Assembly (NCBI GenBank): GCA_016699105.1
Contig: CP064960.1
Span: 1,138,715-1,202,714, forward strand
Source: a bacterium
GTDB taxonomy: Bacteria; Patescibacteriota; Saccharimonadia; UBA4664
DNA: 64,000 nt
Reading direction: 5' to 3'
Shown: positions 38,236-50,321 of the stretch, piece by piece
Position numbering within the stretch: position 1 is the stretch's first letter
Layout of the letters: each line of letters opens with the position of its first letter
The notes under the pieces: model-generated
What the model was told of the DNA's origin: nothing
What the model saw: the letters and a program-made list of their open reading frames with translations, nothing else
The model's database searches: none
Position numbers and translations under genes: made by a program

Positions 38236-39180
38236 ATGAACATACTTGTCACCGGCGCGGCCGGATACATCGGAAGCGTCGTCTGTGCCAAATTGGTGGA
38301 GGCTGGGCACCACGTCATTGGCATTGATAATTTGGGTAGCGGACTTGATCCGATTTTGCCACCAGAAGTTGATTTTCGTCATGGTTCTATCGAGAATATT
38401 GGTAAACTAATATCTGACAAAGACAATGTTGACGGTGTTATTCACTTAGCCGGGCTCATCCAAGTAGGCGAATCGATGAAACAGCCAGAAAAATACTGGC
38501 AAACCAACACATCCTGGCACATTGGCATTGCTGACCGAAATGCGAAAATTGGGTGTCACAAAATCGTATTTTCATCGACCGCGGCTTGTTATGGCACACC
38601 TGAGCGGACCCCGATCGAAGAATCGGATATCCCCCATCCAGACAGCGTATACGGTTGGACGAAACTGGCAGTCGATCAAATGCTGGCAAGCTACGCGGAC
38701 GCCTACGGCTGGGCGGCTCTGAGCTTGCGATACTTCAATGTTGCTGGTGCCTACGGTCGGTATGGAGAGCGACATCAACCTGAAACGCATATTATTCCAC
38801 TGGCACTCGAGGCTATTGCACATCACACAGCGTTTACGTTATTTGGCAATGATTATGCCACGCCCGATGGCACCAATGTGCGCGACTATTTACATGTCGC
38901 CGATCTGGCTGACGCCCATATATTAGCATTAGATCACTTGAAAACTGGTCAGCATGACATCGTTAATTTGAGCACTGGCCTCGGTTCATCAAATTATGAC
39001 ATTTTCAAAGCCATAGAAACTGTCACGGGTCAGAAATTAGACATCGATATTCAAGCCCGGCGGGCTGGTGACCCGGCGATATTGGTAGCCAGCAATGCCA
39101 AAGCTAAGCAGCTTTTGGGATGGCAACCCAAATACACTCTTGAGGACATGGTGCGCGATGCCTGGAAGTTTAAGGCTTGA
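38236..39180 (+). CDS. galE: UDP-glucose 4-epimerase / NAD-dependent epimerase
   Basis: MNILVTGAAGYIGS Rossmann motif, the catalytic YGWTK (YxxxK) and GalE-like length. Confidence 0.85.
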   Translation: MNILVTGAAGYIGSVVCAKLVEAGHHVIGIDNLGSGLDPILPPEVDFRHGSIENIGKLISDKDNVDGVIHLAGLIQVGESMKQPEKYWQTNTSWHIGIADRNAKIGCHKIVFSSTAACYGTPERTPIEESDIPHPDSVYGWTKLAVDQMLASYADAYGWAALSLRYFNVAGAYGRYGERHQPETHIIPLALEAIAHHTAFTLFGNDYATPDGTNVRDYLHVADLADAHILALDHLKTGQHDIVNLSTGLGSSNYDIFKAIETVTGQKLDIDIQARRAGDPAILVASNAKAKQLLGWQPKYTLEDMVRDAWKFKA

Positions 39181-39764
39181 CGTGGGTTTGGAGAAAACTC
39201 GAAACTTGCGGATAGTATTGGGCACACAGTGCGGTATTTACTACTAATAACCCCGGAAATACGACCAGATTTTCCAACCACCCGCCAGTGACTAAGCGCA
39301 ATGATCGTAATGGTGGGAAGCCAAATTTGACCGGCACTGGCAAGAGCCAGGGCACACCTTCGCGGGTGAAAGAGTCCATCACCAGGTGAGAAAGCGCGCC
39401 AATCATAAACGCCCACCACACAAAATCGGTGTTGATGGAGCCGAGACTGGGCGCCAAAATATCGAGTATCCAGCGCGAAAATAGCCCTATTAACCACAAA
39501 CCGAGCAGTGAGTGGGTCAAAAACGGTGTCCACCAAGTAACCGCGACATAGTCCGGCCGAACAGCCCGGCTACCGGTAAATTGCGCCATAGGGGCGCGGT
39601 GGGCTGATCGATATCGGGGCGATGCCTCCCACTTGATTTGCTAAAAACGCCGCTAAAGCCGTGGCGGTTGAAATTTGGTCGGGCGGGTATACGATGACTA
39701 CCACCAAGAGTGCGGTGAGGGCGGCGGTGTCATGGGTGCGTCCAGTCATACCGGTATGATACAT
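39170..39764 (-). CDS. DUF457/YdjM-like membrane-bound metal-dependent hydrolase, frameshifted near 39575-39600
   Basis: ORF 39570..39764 gives the N-terminal part (MTGRTHDTAALTALL). ORF 39170..39589 gives HLVMDSFTREGVPWLLP. Confidence 0.55.
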
Positions 39765-39844
39765 GAATGACAGATTATTAGGTGACCCAGTAAGACGATG
39801 TGGTTGTCTTACTGGGCAATGAAGCGGATTTCTGATCGGAATTT

Positions 39845-40391
39845 TTAGGCAGATTGAGTTTTATGCCGGCGATAGGCAGCAACCGCCTTGTTTAGCTCGA
39901 CAGCTAAAGACGGTACGAATCGGTCTGGGAACTCAGCCGATTCCTTCAGTAGCTCATCTGGTTCAACTGCGCGAAATTCGTCTGCGTCATCAGTTCGCTG
40001 CGGCTCAATATCTGATTCACCAATAAAATTGATGATAAACGCCGACGAGTCTCGCCCGAATCTCCCGGAAAACATTGAGAAAAACTTCAACAAATGTCAG
40101 CGGGCAGGTAAAACCCATCTCTTCTAATTGTTCCCGTTGAGCGGCTACTTCAGGTGGTTCACTGGTTGTAATACCACCGCAGGCCGATATGTCCCAACGG
40201 CCTGGATAATGAGCCTTGTTTTGGGGACGTAGCTGAATCCAGACCTTTCCAGCTGGTGTAAAAATAAACACCAACACATTGGCTGTCAGGTGATTAAGCG
40301 ATTCAGCTTCCCGGCGGTCCATCGTGCCAAGTGACTGGCCAGCGGCGTCGTATATCTCGAGTATTTCAGTGTCAGAGTGCTTCATGACCAT
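39845..40391 (-). CDS. NUDIX hydrolase, frameshifted near 40020-40090
   Basis: Nudix box GGITTSEPPEVAAQREQLEEMGF (G-x5-E-x7-REUxEExGU). The C-terminal continuation is in ORF 39845..40093. Confidence 0.55.
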
Positions 40392-40422
40392 GATTATAGC
40401 AGTTGAAAATCAGATAGATGTA

Positions 40423-40959
40423 TTAATGTCCGCCTTCGACATGAAAGCCGGCCGCCCGCAATTCGCGGGCAGTTCTGGCTTCCAGAGCTTCAGCTGATGC
40501 TTGGCTCCTGAACCGAGGGAGGTGGGAATATAAATCTGGTCGTAATGTGCCCTTGAGCCCATGTTTAAATGGGCGGGCGGCATGAAAAACACTCAAGCCC
40601 GTATTGTGCTGGGCTAAGCGTTCGGCCGGGTCATACCAGGTCTGGCCGACATACAAATGATTGGACGAATCTGATAATTCAACAATGTAGACACCGTACC
40701 GGCGTTGGGCCGGAATGGTGCGAATAGCCGTTATGAGATCAAAGCCGAATTCGAAGTCATCTCGGCGGCGAACAACGTAGTCCGGGTGAAGTGAATAATT
40801 ATACAAGCGCTGCGGGACGATTTGATTTGGTGGTTCGTACACGTAATCTATGAGTATGCCTTGGTTACGACCTTTGGTTGCATAGATGAAGTCGTGTAGA
40901 TCATGGTGCCATTCGGTGTCAGATTGGTTTAGACGGATCAGGTCGGAGTTGATTGGCAT
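40423..40959 (-). CDS. Protein with a C-terminal GIY-YIG nuclease-like domain
   Basis: YGVYIVELSDSSNHLYVGQTWYDPAERLAQH matches the GIY...YIG...R...H/N pattern. The N-terminal 85 aa are unrecognised. Confidence 0.45.
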   Translation of the reverse strand: MPINSDLIRLNQSDTEWHHDLHDFIYATKGRNQGILIDYVYEPPNQIVPQRLYNYSLHPDYVVRRRDDFEFGFDLITAIRTIPAQRRYGVYIVELSDSSNHLYVGQTWYDPAERLAQHNTGLSVFHAARPFKHGLKGTLRPDLYSHLPRFRSQASAEALEARTARELRAAGFHVEGGH

Positions 40960-40980
40960 ACCGCTCTTGTAAAAATTATT

Positions 40981-42201
40981 TTAATTCGGCGACCGTATTT
41001 GACCAGCCGAGCCGGTCCTGACGGCGGCAGTTAGGGCGGCGTCGCCAGCGCGAACTTGGCGGCCAGAATCGTCACTCGACAAGATGCCATAACTGATTTT
41101 GAATGGTAGTTTGGTCAAGTTTTGAGAGGCAGCTTGGGTCAAACAATTGTCGGTGTATGTCTCGCAAGATTCCGCGAGGGCTAACCATTTATCCAAATCT
41201 GGCACTGCTGTCGCATCCAACGCCAGAGTGACTTGGAGCGCTACCCCGCGCGTGACTTCCCGGTTGGCTTGTTGGTCGAACAGAAAATTGCCGAGTGAAT
41301 ACAGGATGAGTTTGCCTTGGTAAGCTTCACTGGTTTGGACCCAATGGGGGTGTCCACCAATGACGGCGTCGGCACCGGCATCAATAAGCCCCCGGTAAAA
41401 CGTGGTTTTCAGCTGATCCGGGGCATCCCGGTACTCGGTGCCAGCATGAGGCATGGCAATAGTGACGAATCGTTCCGCATAGCGGCCGATATCGGTAATG
41501 GCTGACGCGCTGGGAATCTTGAAAACAGCATTGTATCCACACCAAGCTGTCGGCAATTTAACTGTTTTGCTGGCACCATCGATGAAAGTGATCTGGGCAG
41601 GTAAACTCAAAATATTACAGCGGTCGCTGGCTACTTCGGGATCATAGTGGCCAAAAGTTTGGATGCCAGCCGACCCCAGCAAATCGGCAGTTTGACGCCA
41701 GCCGGCGGCGCGTTGATTGTCCGTATGATTGTTGGCCAGACTCATAGCCGAAAACCATTTGGCGGCTTCGGGTAGATAATTCGGTGAACAGTTGAAGGTT
41801 AAAGTGGCCTCTTGGGCGGCGGACGATGCCAACGGGTTGGTAGTAACGGGACACTCCATATTAGCAATCCAGGCGTCATAAGCTGGGCGGTCGAAACTAG
41901 CTAGTCCGGCAAAGGGATAACCATACTTGAGCGGACTGGCCATCGACCAGTCGTGAACGTAGCGACCCCAAAATACATCACCCATAACGAGGAGTTTACT
42001 AGTAACCATCTCGGCCTGAGGGGTTGGCGTAAACGAGGGTAGAGGGGACGATTTGAGCGCAACTGGAGTGGCTGGGCGGGAGATAGTCCACCAGCCAAAC
42101 AAGGTCACCAGCGGCAAACCCACGATGAAACCTAATCCGATCCGGGCTGCGCGCGACTGAATGACTCCATACATAATTATGAGTATACGCGTTGGAAACA
42201 A
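40981..42201 (-). CDS. CapA/PGA_cap-family metallophosphatase-like protein (poly-gamma-glutamate biosynthesis-type)
   Basis: N-terminal TM; LLVMGDVFWGR; SLANNHTDN, the CapA hallmark LANNH; GGHPHW. Confidence 0.7.
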   Translation of the reverse strand: MFPTRILIIMYGVIQSRAARIGLGFIVGLPLVTLFGWWTISRPATPVALKSSPLPSFTPTPQAEMVTSKLLVMGDVFWGRYVHDWSMASPLKYGYPFAGLASFDRPAYDAWIANMECPVTTNPLASSAAQEATLTFNCSPNYLPEAAKWFSAMSLANNHTDNQRAAGWRQTADLLGSAGIQTFGHYDPEVASDRCNILSLPAQITFIDGASKTVKLPTAWCGYNAVFKIPSASAITDIGRYAERFVTIAMPHAGTEYRDAPDQLKTTFYRGLIDAGADAVIGGHPHWVQTSEAYQGKLILYSLGNFLFDQQANREVTRGVALQVTLALDATAVPDLDKWLALAESCETYTDNCLTQAASQNLTKLPFKISYGILSSDDSGRQVRAGDAALTAAVRTGSAGQIRSPN

Positions 42202-42283
42202 AATATTTTAGCACGACATACCGATTTGTGTCGCGCCTCTTAGAGATTGCGGCAAAGTCAGTTTTTTTGCTAACCTACTTGCG

Positions 42284-42499
42284 ATGGGCGAACGCGACCG
42301 TGAACAAAGCACTCAGCAACTACTGATATCGATGGCCGATACTACCTGGCGGATGTTTACGCCGCCTGCCTTGACGGTGGCGCTCGGTCTGTGGGCGGAT
42401 AATTCGTGGCAGACTGGGCCCTGGATGACACTACTGAGCATGATAGTGGGGCTCGGCGGTTCGGTAATGCTCGTCAAACGACAACTAAAAGGTTATTAA
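42284..42499 (+). CDS. Small membrane protein, AtpI/AtpZ-like, at the head of the atp operon
   Basis: 71 aa with two TM helices, immediately upstream of atpB. The assignment rests on position and size. Confidence 0.4.
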   Translation: MGERDREQSTQQLLISMADTTWRMFTPPALTVALGLWADNSWQTGPWMTLLSMIVGLGGSVMLVKRQLKGY

Positions 42500-43294
42500 A
42501 TGAACGTATTGTTTGCTTCAACGGGACCACATGTCAGCTTACCGGCTGAACTGATGTTTTCGGTGGGGCCACTTGATATCTACAACTCACAGTTGCTAGG
42601 AATTCTCGGTACGCTGACCTTTATGGGTTTGTTTTGGTATGCTGCTCGCCGGATTCAACAGCGCCGCTATAATCGCTTGGTTATCTTGATGCTCTGGGGT
42701 TATGAAATGTTGCTTAACACCGTCGAAGAAGTCATGGGTGATCGACAACGGGCCCGCCAATTGGCGCCAATGGCGATAACGCTTTTTTTTGTGATTATGA
42801 TCAACAATTGGTTTGGATTATTGCCATTTGTCGGTCCCGTGACCTGGCATGGTGAGCCCCTGTTTCGAGGGTTGGCTTCAGATTTGAATTTCACGGCCGC
42901 TTTGGCGATTATTACCATGGTGGTAGCGCAAGTATGGGCTGTCAAAACCCATGGCTTTTTTGGTAATCTGGGTCGCTACTTCGGCAACCCATTCAAAGAC
43001 CCTATACATGCCGTTGAAGGCTTTCTCGAGCTGATCGCCGAATTTTCCCGCTTGATAGCCCTTGCAATGCGGTTATTTGGCAACGTGTTTGGGGGTGAAA
43101 TATTACTGCTGGCTATGGCGTTTATCACGTCGTGGGCAGCCTCAGTCGCTTTGGCACCGTTTATGCTGTTGGAGCTGTTTGTTGGAGTAGTCCAGGCCTA
43201 TGTCTTCTTTATGCTTCTGGTGGTGTTTGTGTCGCTCGCTAGCGCACATCATGAATCAGGAGACAAGGATGTCATGGCGGCGGCAACGGTTTAA
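42500..43294 (+). CDS. atpB: F0F1 ATP synthase subunit a
   Basis: Five TM helices and the conserved Arg region (LAMRLFGNVFGGE). Confidence 0.9.
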   Translation: MNVLFASTGPHVSLPAELMFSVGPLDIYNSQLLGILGTLTFMGLFWYAARRIQQRRYNRLVILMLWGYEMLLNTVEEVMGDRQRARQLAPMAITLFFVIMINNWFGLLPFVGPVTWHGEPLFRGLASDLNFTAALAIITMVVAQVWAVKTHGFFGNLGRYFGNPFKDPIHAVEGFLELIAEFSRLIALAMRLFGNVFGGEILLLAMAFITSWAASVALAPFMLLELFVGVVQAYVFFMLLVVFVSLASAHHESGDKDVMAAATV

Positions 43295-43325
43295 ATTAAT
43301 TAGGTTATAAAAAAGGAACTATTCA

Positions 43326-43541
43326 ATGGAATCTCTCGCATTCGGTCTTACTTACTCACTGGCCGCCGGTCTGGCCGCAATCGGTTTGGGCATGGTTGGC
43401 GCATCGGCTGTGAGTGCTGTGGGACGTAACCCCGACGCTCTCGGTAAAGTTCGAACCATGATGATTTTGGCGATGGCCTTCGTAGATGCCTTGGCTATCA
43501 TCGGTTTGGTTGTAGCCTTGATCATCAAGTTCTTGAAGTAA
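43326..43541 (+). CDS. atpE: F0F1 ATP synthase subunit c
   Basis: 71 aa hairpin proteolipid: GLAAIGLGMVGA ... AFVDALAIIGLVVALII. Confidence 0.9.
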   Translation: MESLAFGLTYSLAAGLAAIGLGMVGASAVSAVGRNPDALGKVRTMMILAMAFVDALAIIGLVVALIIKFLK

Positions 43542-43554
43542 GGCGGCACCAAAC

Positions 43555-44113
43555 GTGTTTCATGTCTTATTAGCAAATGAAGAAGTAGCCGCAGCTGCCG
43601 CTGGCACAAGTGCCAGCGGCGTCGGGGCGTTGTTTGAAGCCTTGGGGCTCAATATCCAATCGCTGATCGTCAACTCGGTAGCCTTTTTGTTGGTAGTGTG
43701 GGTGATGGCTAAGTGGGTCTTTCCGCCACTAACTAAAGCTCTGGACGCCAAGCGTGATGAATTGGACGCGGCTTTGCGACTCGAACGCGAAGCCTCGACC
43801 AAACTAGATGAAGCCAAAGCTCAAGCCGGTAAATTGATCGAGCAAGCGCGACTGGAAGCCAATGAAGTTTTGCCGGCTGCTAAATCTGATGCCACAACGC
43901 AATTGGAAGCCGCCCACAAGAAAGCGGCTGCGGCGGCTGAACGGAGTGTGCAAAAGCCCGCGAGCAATTAGCCCGCGACGTTTTGACGGCCCGGCGTGAT
44001 CTCAAAGCTGAGACAGCCAAATTGGTCGCCAGTGCCACTGAAGCTGTGCTCAACGAGAAGCTCGATGATGACCGCGATGGTAAGCTGATAGCCAAGAGTT
44101 TGGAGCGCGCCAA
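43555..44113 (+). CDS. atpF: F0F1 ATP synthase subunit b, with a 1-bp frameshift in an A-run near 43952-43955
   Basis: N-terminal TM plus a coiled coil. The C-terminus (ARDVLTARRDLKAETAKLVASATEAVLNEKL) is in the next frame. Adding one A restores ...ERSVQKAREQLARDV.... Confidence 0.8.
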
Positions 44114-44496
44114 TGGCTAGTCGGGCGCAGGTAGCAGGCTATCTGGCGGAACATTTGGCTGCCGGGCGATCTGAAGCTATTCGGTCAGCCGCGGCATGGC
44201 TTGTGAATACCGGCCGGACTGGTCAAGCTGGTTATTTGGCTCGCGACGTAGCGGCAATATTGGCCACTCGAGGCCACATTCTTGTTCAGGTGACCACTGC
44301 CCGACCTTTGACGGATGATGCAAAACTAAAAATCCAACAATTCTGTAAACACCTAACAGGTGTATCAGAGCTGGAATTAGAACAAAAATTAGACCCCACC
44401 ATTATCGGTGGCGCAATTATCGAAACACCGGGTGCCATTTTGGATGCATCGGTCCGGACTAAATTAGCTCGCTATGTAGAAGGAGTACTGCTATGA
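44113..44496 (+). CDS. atpH: F0F1 ATP synthase subunit delta (short form)
   Basis: Position between atpF and atpA. The C-terminal OSCP-like motif is [18 protein letters not shown]. Confidence 0.75.
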   Translation: MASRAQVAGYLAEHLAAGRSEAIRSAAAWLVNTGRTGQAGYLARDVAAILATRGHILVQVTTARPLTDDAKLKIQQFCKHLTGVSELELEQKLDPTIIGGAIIETPGAILDASVRTKLARYVEGVLL

Positions 44497-46031
44497 GTGA
44501 ATTACAAGTAAAAGAATTAAGTCGCGAGCTGGTCGAAGCTATCGAGGGTCTCAAAGACTCCGACAGCCTGCAAGAAAGCGGTGTTGTAACCCGCGTGTCA
44601 GACGGTGTCGTCTGGATCTACGGCTTGCGCGGAGCTGGCTATAGTGAGGTATTGGAAGTGGCCACCACTGAAGGTGGCGTCGCCAGAGCCTTTGCTTTAA
44701 ACCTAAATGAAGATGAAATTGGAGCCGTGCTCCTCGATAGTGAAACCGGTGTCCGGGCTGGTGCCAAAGTAAAACTATCGGGACACGTACTCGATGTACC
44801 GGTGGGTAAAGAATTACTAGGTCGGGTCGTCGATCCATTAGGACGACCTATAGACGGGCTGGGCGAGATCAAGACCACCCAGCGGGGACTGATTGAAAAA
44901 AATGCTCCCGGCGTAATGCAACGCAAGCACGTACACGAACCATTGGCTACCGGGTTGATTGCTATCGATACCATGGTGCCCATTGGCCGGGGTCAACGCG
45001 AGCTCATCATTGGAGACCGCCAGACGGGCAAAACTGCCATTGCCATCGATACAATGCTCAACCAGCACAAACAGCAGACCGGCGTGGTCAACGTGTACGT
45101 GGCTGTCGGTCAGAAGTTGAGCAAAGTAGCAGCCCTCGTCGAACGATTGAAAGCTGAAGGCGTGATGGATCAAACCATCGTGGTAGCGACTTCCCCCGCC
45201 GACCCAGCGGCATTGTTATACCTGGCGCCTTACGCTGGTACAGCAATGGGTGAGTATTTCCGTGACAACAAACAACATGCCCTCATTATTTATGATGACT
45301 TAAGCAAACACGCGGTAGCGTATCGGCAAATGAGTTTGCTGCTGCGTCGTCCACCGGGTCGTGAAGCCTATCCGGGCGATGTATTCTATCTACACAGTCG
45401 CTTACTGGAACGATCGGCGAAATTGAGTGATGACCTGGGTGCGGGATCGTTAACCGCTTTGCCTATCATTGAGACACAGGCAGGTGATATCTCGGCTTAT
45501 ATTCCGACAAACGTTATTTCTATCACCGATGGACAAATATTTATGGAATCGGACCTGTTCTATCAAGGCATTCGCCCGGCCGTATCGGTGGGACTGAGTG
45601 TGTCCCGCGTGGGAGGCGATGCCCAGACCAAAGCGACCAAGAGTGTGGCCGGAAGTTTGCGGGTTGAGCTAGCACAATTTCGGGAACTGGCCGCATTTTC
45701 CCAATTTGCGAGTGACTTAGACGATGAGACCAAACAACGGATTGCCCGAGGACGCTTGCTGACCGAAATATTGAAGCAAAAGCAATACAGTCCATTGTCG
45801 GTAGCCGAGCAGGTAGCTATGCTCGTAGCCGCCCAAAAAGGAGCTTTCGACAAAGTACCCCAGGCCAAGGTGGGAGCAGCTGCGCACGAACTAACGGTGC
45901 GACTGGCTAAAGACCATACCAAAGTGATGACCGCCCTTAATGAAGGTGCTAAACCGGCCGAAGATACTATTGCTACTGTTGTGGAAGTGGCCAAAAAAGT
46001 GGCTGCCAGCTATCACCAGAGCGAGCAATAA
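44493..46031 (+). CDS. atpA: F0F1 ATP synthase subunit alpha
   Basis: Walker A GDRQTGKT and alpha-subunit signature regions. 512 aa. Confidence 0.95.
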   Translation: MSELQVKELSRELVEAIEGLKDSDSLQESGVVTRVSDGVVWIYGLRGAGYSEVLEVATTEGGVARAFALNLNEDEIGAVLLDSETGVRAGAKVKLSGHVLDVPVGKELLGRVVDPLGRPIDGLGEIKTTQRGLIEKNAPGVMQRKHVHEPLATGLIAIDTMVPIGRGQRELIIGDRQTGKTAIAIDTMLNQHKQQTGVVNVYVAVGQKLSKVAALVERLKAEGVMDQTIVVATSPADPAALLYLAPYAGTAMGEYFRDNKQHALIIYDDLSKHAVAYRQMSLLLRRPPGREAYPGDVFYLHSRLLERSAKLSDDLGAGSLTALPIIETQAGDISAYIPTNVISITDGQIFMESDLFYQGIRPAVSVGLSVSRVGGDAQTKATKSVAGSLRVELAQFRELAAFSQFASDLDDETKQRIARGRLLTEILKQKQYSPLSVAEQVAMLVAAQKGAFDKVPQAKVGAAAHELTVRLAKDHTKVMTALNEGAKPAEDTIATVVEVAKKVAASYHQSEQ

Positions 46032-46034
46032 CGC

Positions 46035-46889
46035 ATGGCGTCCCTGCAGATCATTAAACGGCGAATCAAGAGTGTTAAAAGCACGCGCCAGATCACCAAG
46101 GCTATGCAGCTGGTGGCTGCTAGTAAGCTGCGCCGGGCGCAAACAGCTGCCACTGCGCCGCAAGCTTATACCGCGGCGGCACGACAGTTATTGCTCAGTT
46201 TGAGCGGACAAACGGCGACTGTCGGGCATCCGTTATTTGCGGTGCGACCCGTGAAACGCGCGCTAACCATTTTCATCGCCGGCGACCGGGGTATGGCTGG
46301 TGGCTACAACGCCAACATTATCCGAGCGCTGGTCCGGCACATGAAAGATATCCCCGCTAACCACGCCGCAATTGCCGTCGGTAAACGCGCAGCTATGCAC
46401 GTAGCGCGGGCTAAAGATGTTGATCAGATTGCTGCCTATGAGGTAGAGACTGGTAACGCTGCGTCGGACATTGCATTGCCAATTTTGAGCGAAGTAATTC
46501 GCCAATTTCAAGATAATGAGATCGACCGGGTAGACATTATTACGACTGACTTTATCTCGACCGTCAACCAAAATGTATCCATTAAACAACTTCTGCCAGT
46601 GCAACTACCAGAAGGTACCAAGCCATCCGGTGAGGCGACTATGGAACCGAATCCTGAAGTGCTCGTTGAAGTAGCAGTGCGGCGGGTATTGGAAGCCGAG
46701 GTGACCCAGGCAATATTAGATGCTCGAGCCAGTGAACAAGCTGCCCGGATGCTTGCTATGATGAATGCCACTGATAATGCCGATGATATCATTGGTGATT
46801 TGACGCTGGTATTCAATAACGCCCGCCAAGCCGGGATTACCCAGCAGCTGACTGAAATAAGTGCGGGATCTGAGGCGGTGACGGCATGA
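46035..46889 (+). CDS. atpG: F0F1 ATP synthase subunit gamma
   Basis: N-terminal IKRRIKSVKSTRQITKAMQLVAASKLRRAQ and C-terminal ITQQLTEI.... Confidence 0.9.
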   Translation: MASLQIIKRRIKSVKSTRQITKAMQLVAASKLRRAQTAATAPQAYTAAARQLLLSLSGQTATVGHPLFAVRPVKRALTIFIAGDRGMAGGYNANIIRALVRHMKDIPANHAAIAVGKRAAMHVARAKDVDQIAAYEVETGNAASDIALPILSEVIRQFQDNEIDRVDIITTDFISTVNQNVSIKQLLPVQLPEGTKPSGEATMEPNPEVLVEVAVRRVLEAEVTQAILDARASEQAARMLAMMNATDNADDIIGDLTLVFNNARQAGITQQLTEISAGSEAVTA

Positions 46890-46965
46890 TACTTAATGAC
46901 ACAATATACCTGCAGGCTGCACATTCCGGTATCGCGACAATTGCAAATTTATGGAGACAATCTAA

Positions 46966-48362
<1,397 letters not shown>

Positions 48363-48368
48363 CCCGCG

Positions 48369-48785
48369 ATGAAAGTAGAACTACTAACACTGTCGGGAAC
48401 CAAATTCTCGGGTGAAGCCGATGAGCTGCGGCTAACTACCACCAATGGTCAGATTGGCATACTCCCCCACCATGAGCCTTTTGTAGCCCAAGTAGTGGCA
48501 GGACCAGTGGTAGTCCGGCCCACAACGGGTCAGCCAGAAATCTTTGCGACCTACGGCGGCATTGTGGAAGTGACAGCTGACGCCGTGCGGCTATTGGCTG
48601 ATGAAGCTGATCATGCCGATGACTTGCTGGCCGATGAAGTCGAAGAGGCGTTGAAACGGGCGACCGAAATGCGCGACAAGGCCAAAGACCGCGTCGAGTT
48701 GGAGCAAGCGCAAAGTATGATTGACCGCGCCAATGTCCGCTTGGGCGTAGCTAAGATGCGCCGGACACATCACCGTGAGCGATAG
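48369..48785 (+). CDS. atpC: F0F1 ATP synthase subunit epsilon
   Basis: 138 aa beta-sandwich plus helical hairpin. Last gene of the operon. Confidence 0.8.
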   Translation: MKVELLTLSGTKFSGEADELRLTTTNGQIGILPHHEPFVAQVVAGPVVVRPTTGQPEIFATYGGIVEVTADAVRLLADEADHADDLLADEVEEALKRATEMRDKAKDRVELEQAQSMIDRANVRLGVAKMRRTHHRER

Positions 48786-49113
48786 TTTGCTAAAACTCAA
48801 TTCCAATCCAGATTTACGTGCCATACAGGAATACGTCAACCAATTGGAAATTGAGCGTGGGTTTACCGGAAACTCCATACAGCAAGAGTGTTTGTTATTG
48901 GGGGAAGAAGTCGGTGAGCTTTTTAAAGCAGTGCGAAAACAACAAAAAATGCGTATAGACGCAAAGTCCAAAGTTACTGAGGTTGAGGAAGAATTAGCAG
49001 ATATACTGATCTACATTTGCGCCATAGCTAATCGTCTCAATGTGAATCTAGAACAGGCGCTACGTGACAAAGAAGAGATTAACAAAAAACGCAATTGGCA
49101 CATGACAGCTTGA
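48775..49113 (+). CDS. MazG-like nucleoside triphosphate pyrophosphohydrolase
   Basis: EExxE-type motifs (LLGEEVGELFKAVRK; EELADILIY). GTG start that overlaps the atpC end. This is the start of a lower-GC segment. Confidence 0.65.
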   Translation: MSDSLLKLNSNPDLRAIQEYVNQLEIERGFTGNSIQQECLLLGEEVGELFKAVRKQQKMRIDAKSKVTEVEEELADILIYICAIANRLNVNLEQALRDKEEINKKRNWHMTA

Positions 49114-49174
49114 TAATAAATCGTATTTCTTTTATCATTGTGCGGCGTTCATAGACTGCCAGAGAGGAATACGT

Positions 49175-49786
49175 ATGAGCCAAAACGTAGGGTTTTTTAT
49201 CGCGTTAGACGGACCAAAGCATTCAGGTAAGTCAACATTATTAGCCCTACTTACTCCTCTGCTGCATGCAATGGACATTCACGCGTTCCTTACCAAAGAG
49301 CCATCAATCCATTTTCATTTAGAAAATGAGGAGGCTTATAGTGGAGAAGACTTAGCCAGACTGCTAGCCAATGATCGGCGCAGGCATTTAGACGAAGTTA
49401 TATTGCCAGCACTTCACGCTTACGATGTTGTGATATCAGATCGATATATAGCGTCGTCACTAGGTTTTCAGGTGCTAGATGGCGTGCCTTTTGAAACAGT
49501 ATGGGCGATGAACAATCAATTTCTACTGCCAGACCTGAATGTTTTTCTGGTCGCAGATGAGGAAATTCTTAAGCAGCGCAGAGCCGGTCGCGGTATGTAC
49601 ACTCGCATTGAGCGATCCAGCAATGTCGCTGATGAAATACTTTTGTACGGGAAGATTTCTGATTTTTTGTCACATCTCGGTGTCGACACAATTACGATTG
49701 AGAATAATGATTCGACATCACGATCTGAAACGGCGCAACGTCTTGCCGTCGCCATAGCTAAAAAAATATCTGAGCATAATGAATAA
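49175..49786 (+). CDS. tmk: Thymidylate kinase-like (dNMP kinase family)
   Basis: P-loop FIALDGPKHSGKST, TKEPS, DRYIASSLGFQ, a LID-like RRAGRG, and PDLNVFLVADEEI. Collinear with Tmk. Confidence 0.7.
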   Translation: MSQNVGFFIALDGPKHSGKSTLLALLTPLLHAMDIHAFLTKEPSIHFHLENEEAYSGEDLARLLANDRRRHLDEVILPALHAYDVVISDRYIASSLGFQVLDGVPFETVWAMNNQFLLPDLNVFLVADEEILKQRRAGRGMYTRIERSSNVADEILLYGKISDFLSHLGVDTITIENNDSTSRSETAQRLAVAIAKKISEHNE

Positions 49787-50297
49787 ACCTCTAGACATCT
49801 TACCAATCGAACCAATAGTGGACCGTCAGTCTGCATTTATGTTTTTACTGGGTATATTGTTTAACCAGCAAGTTCGGAGTGATATCGCTTGGCGCGCGCC
49901 ATACCAACTCGGAAAGCGCTTGGACGGTTTCACCCCGGAACATATTCTGATTTATAGTGAGTCAGAATTTACAGAAATTTTTGGCAGATCTCCAGCCATC
50001 CACCCATTTGTTCAGCGAATGGCACAATATACCTACGCCATAGCCCGAGTAATCGTTAATGAATATGACGGCGATGTGCGGAAAATATGGACCCCAAGCG
50101 TACCTGCTGGCGAGCTTGTCCGGCGTCTAGTAGCTATGCCGGGAATCGGTGATCACAAAGCTCGGATTGCGCTATTCGTAGCTACGGTCCAGCTGGGGAT
50201 ACGGGTTCGTGACGATGGAAGGAGCTATAGTATACGAGATTGCGATGGCTTAGCCACATTGTTCTATCCAAACGAGGAACCAAGCCTGGTTCTGTAA
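49779..50297 (+). CDS. HhH-GPD superfamily (endonuclease III/AlkA-like) domain protein, short form
   Basis: Helix-hairpin-helix LVAMPGIGDHKARIALFV and an upstream FMFLLGILFNQQVRSD region resembling the EndoIII N-terminal core. There is no Fe-S C-terminal extension. Confidence 0.45.
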   Translation: MNKPLDILPIEPIVDRQSAFMFLLGILFNQQVRSDIAWRAPYQLGKRLDGFTPEHILIYSESEFTEIFGRSPAIHPFVQRMAQYTYAIARVIVNEYDGDVRKIWTPSVPAGELVRRLVAMPGIGDHKARIALFVATVQLGIRVRDDGRSYSIRDCDGLATLFYPNEEPSLVL

Positions 50298-50321
50298 GCT
50301 ACCCAAACTATTGGAGTACAC

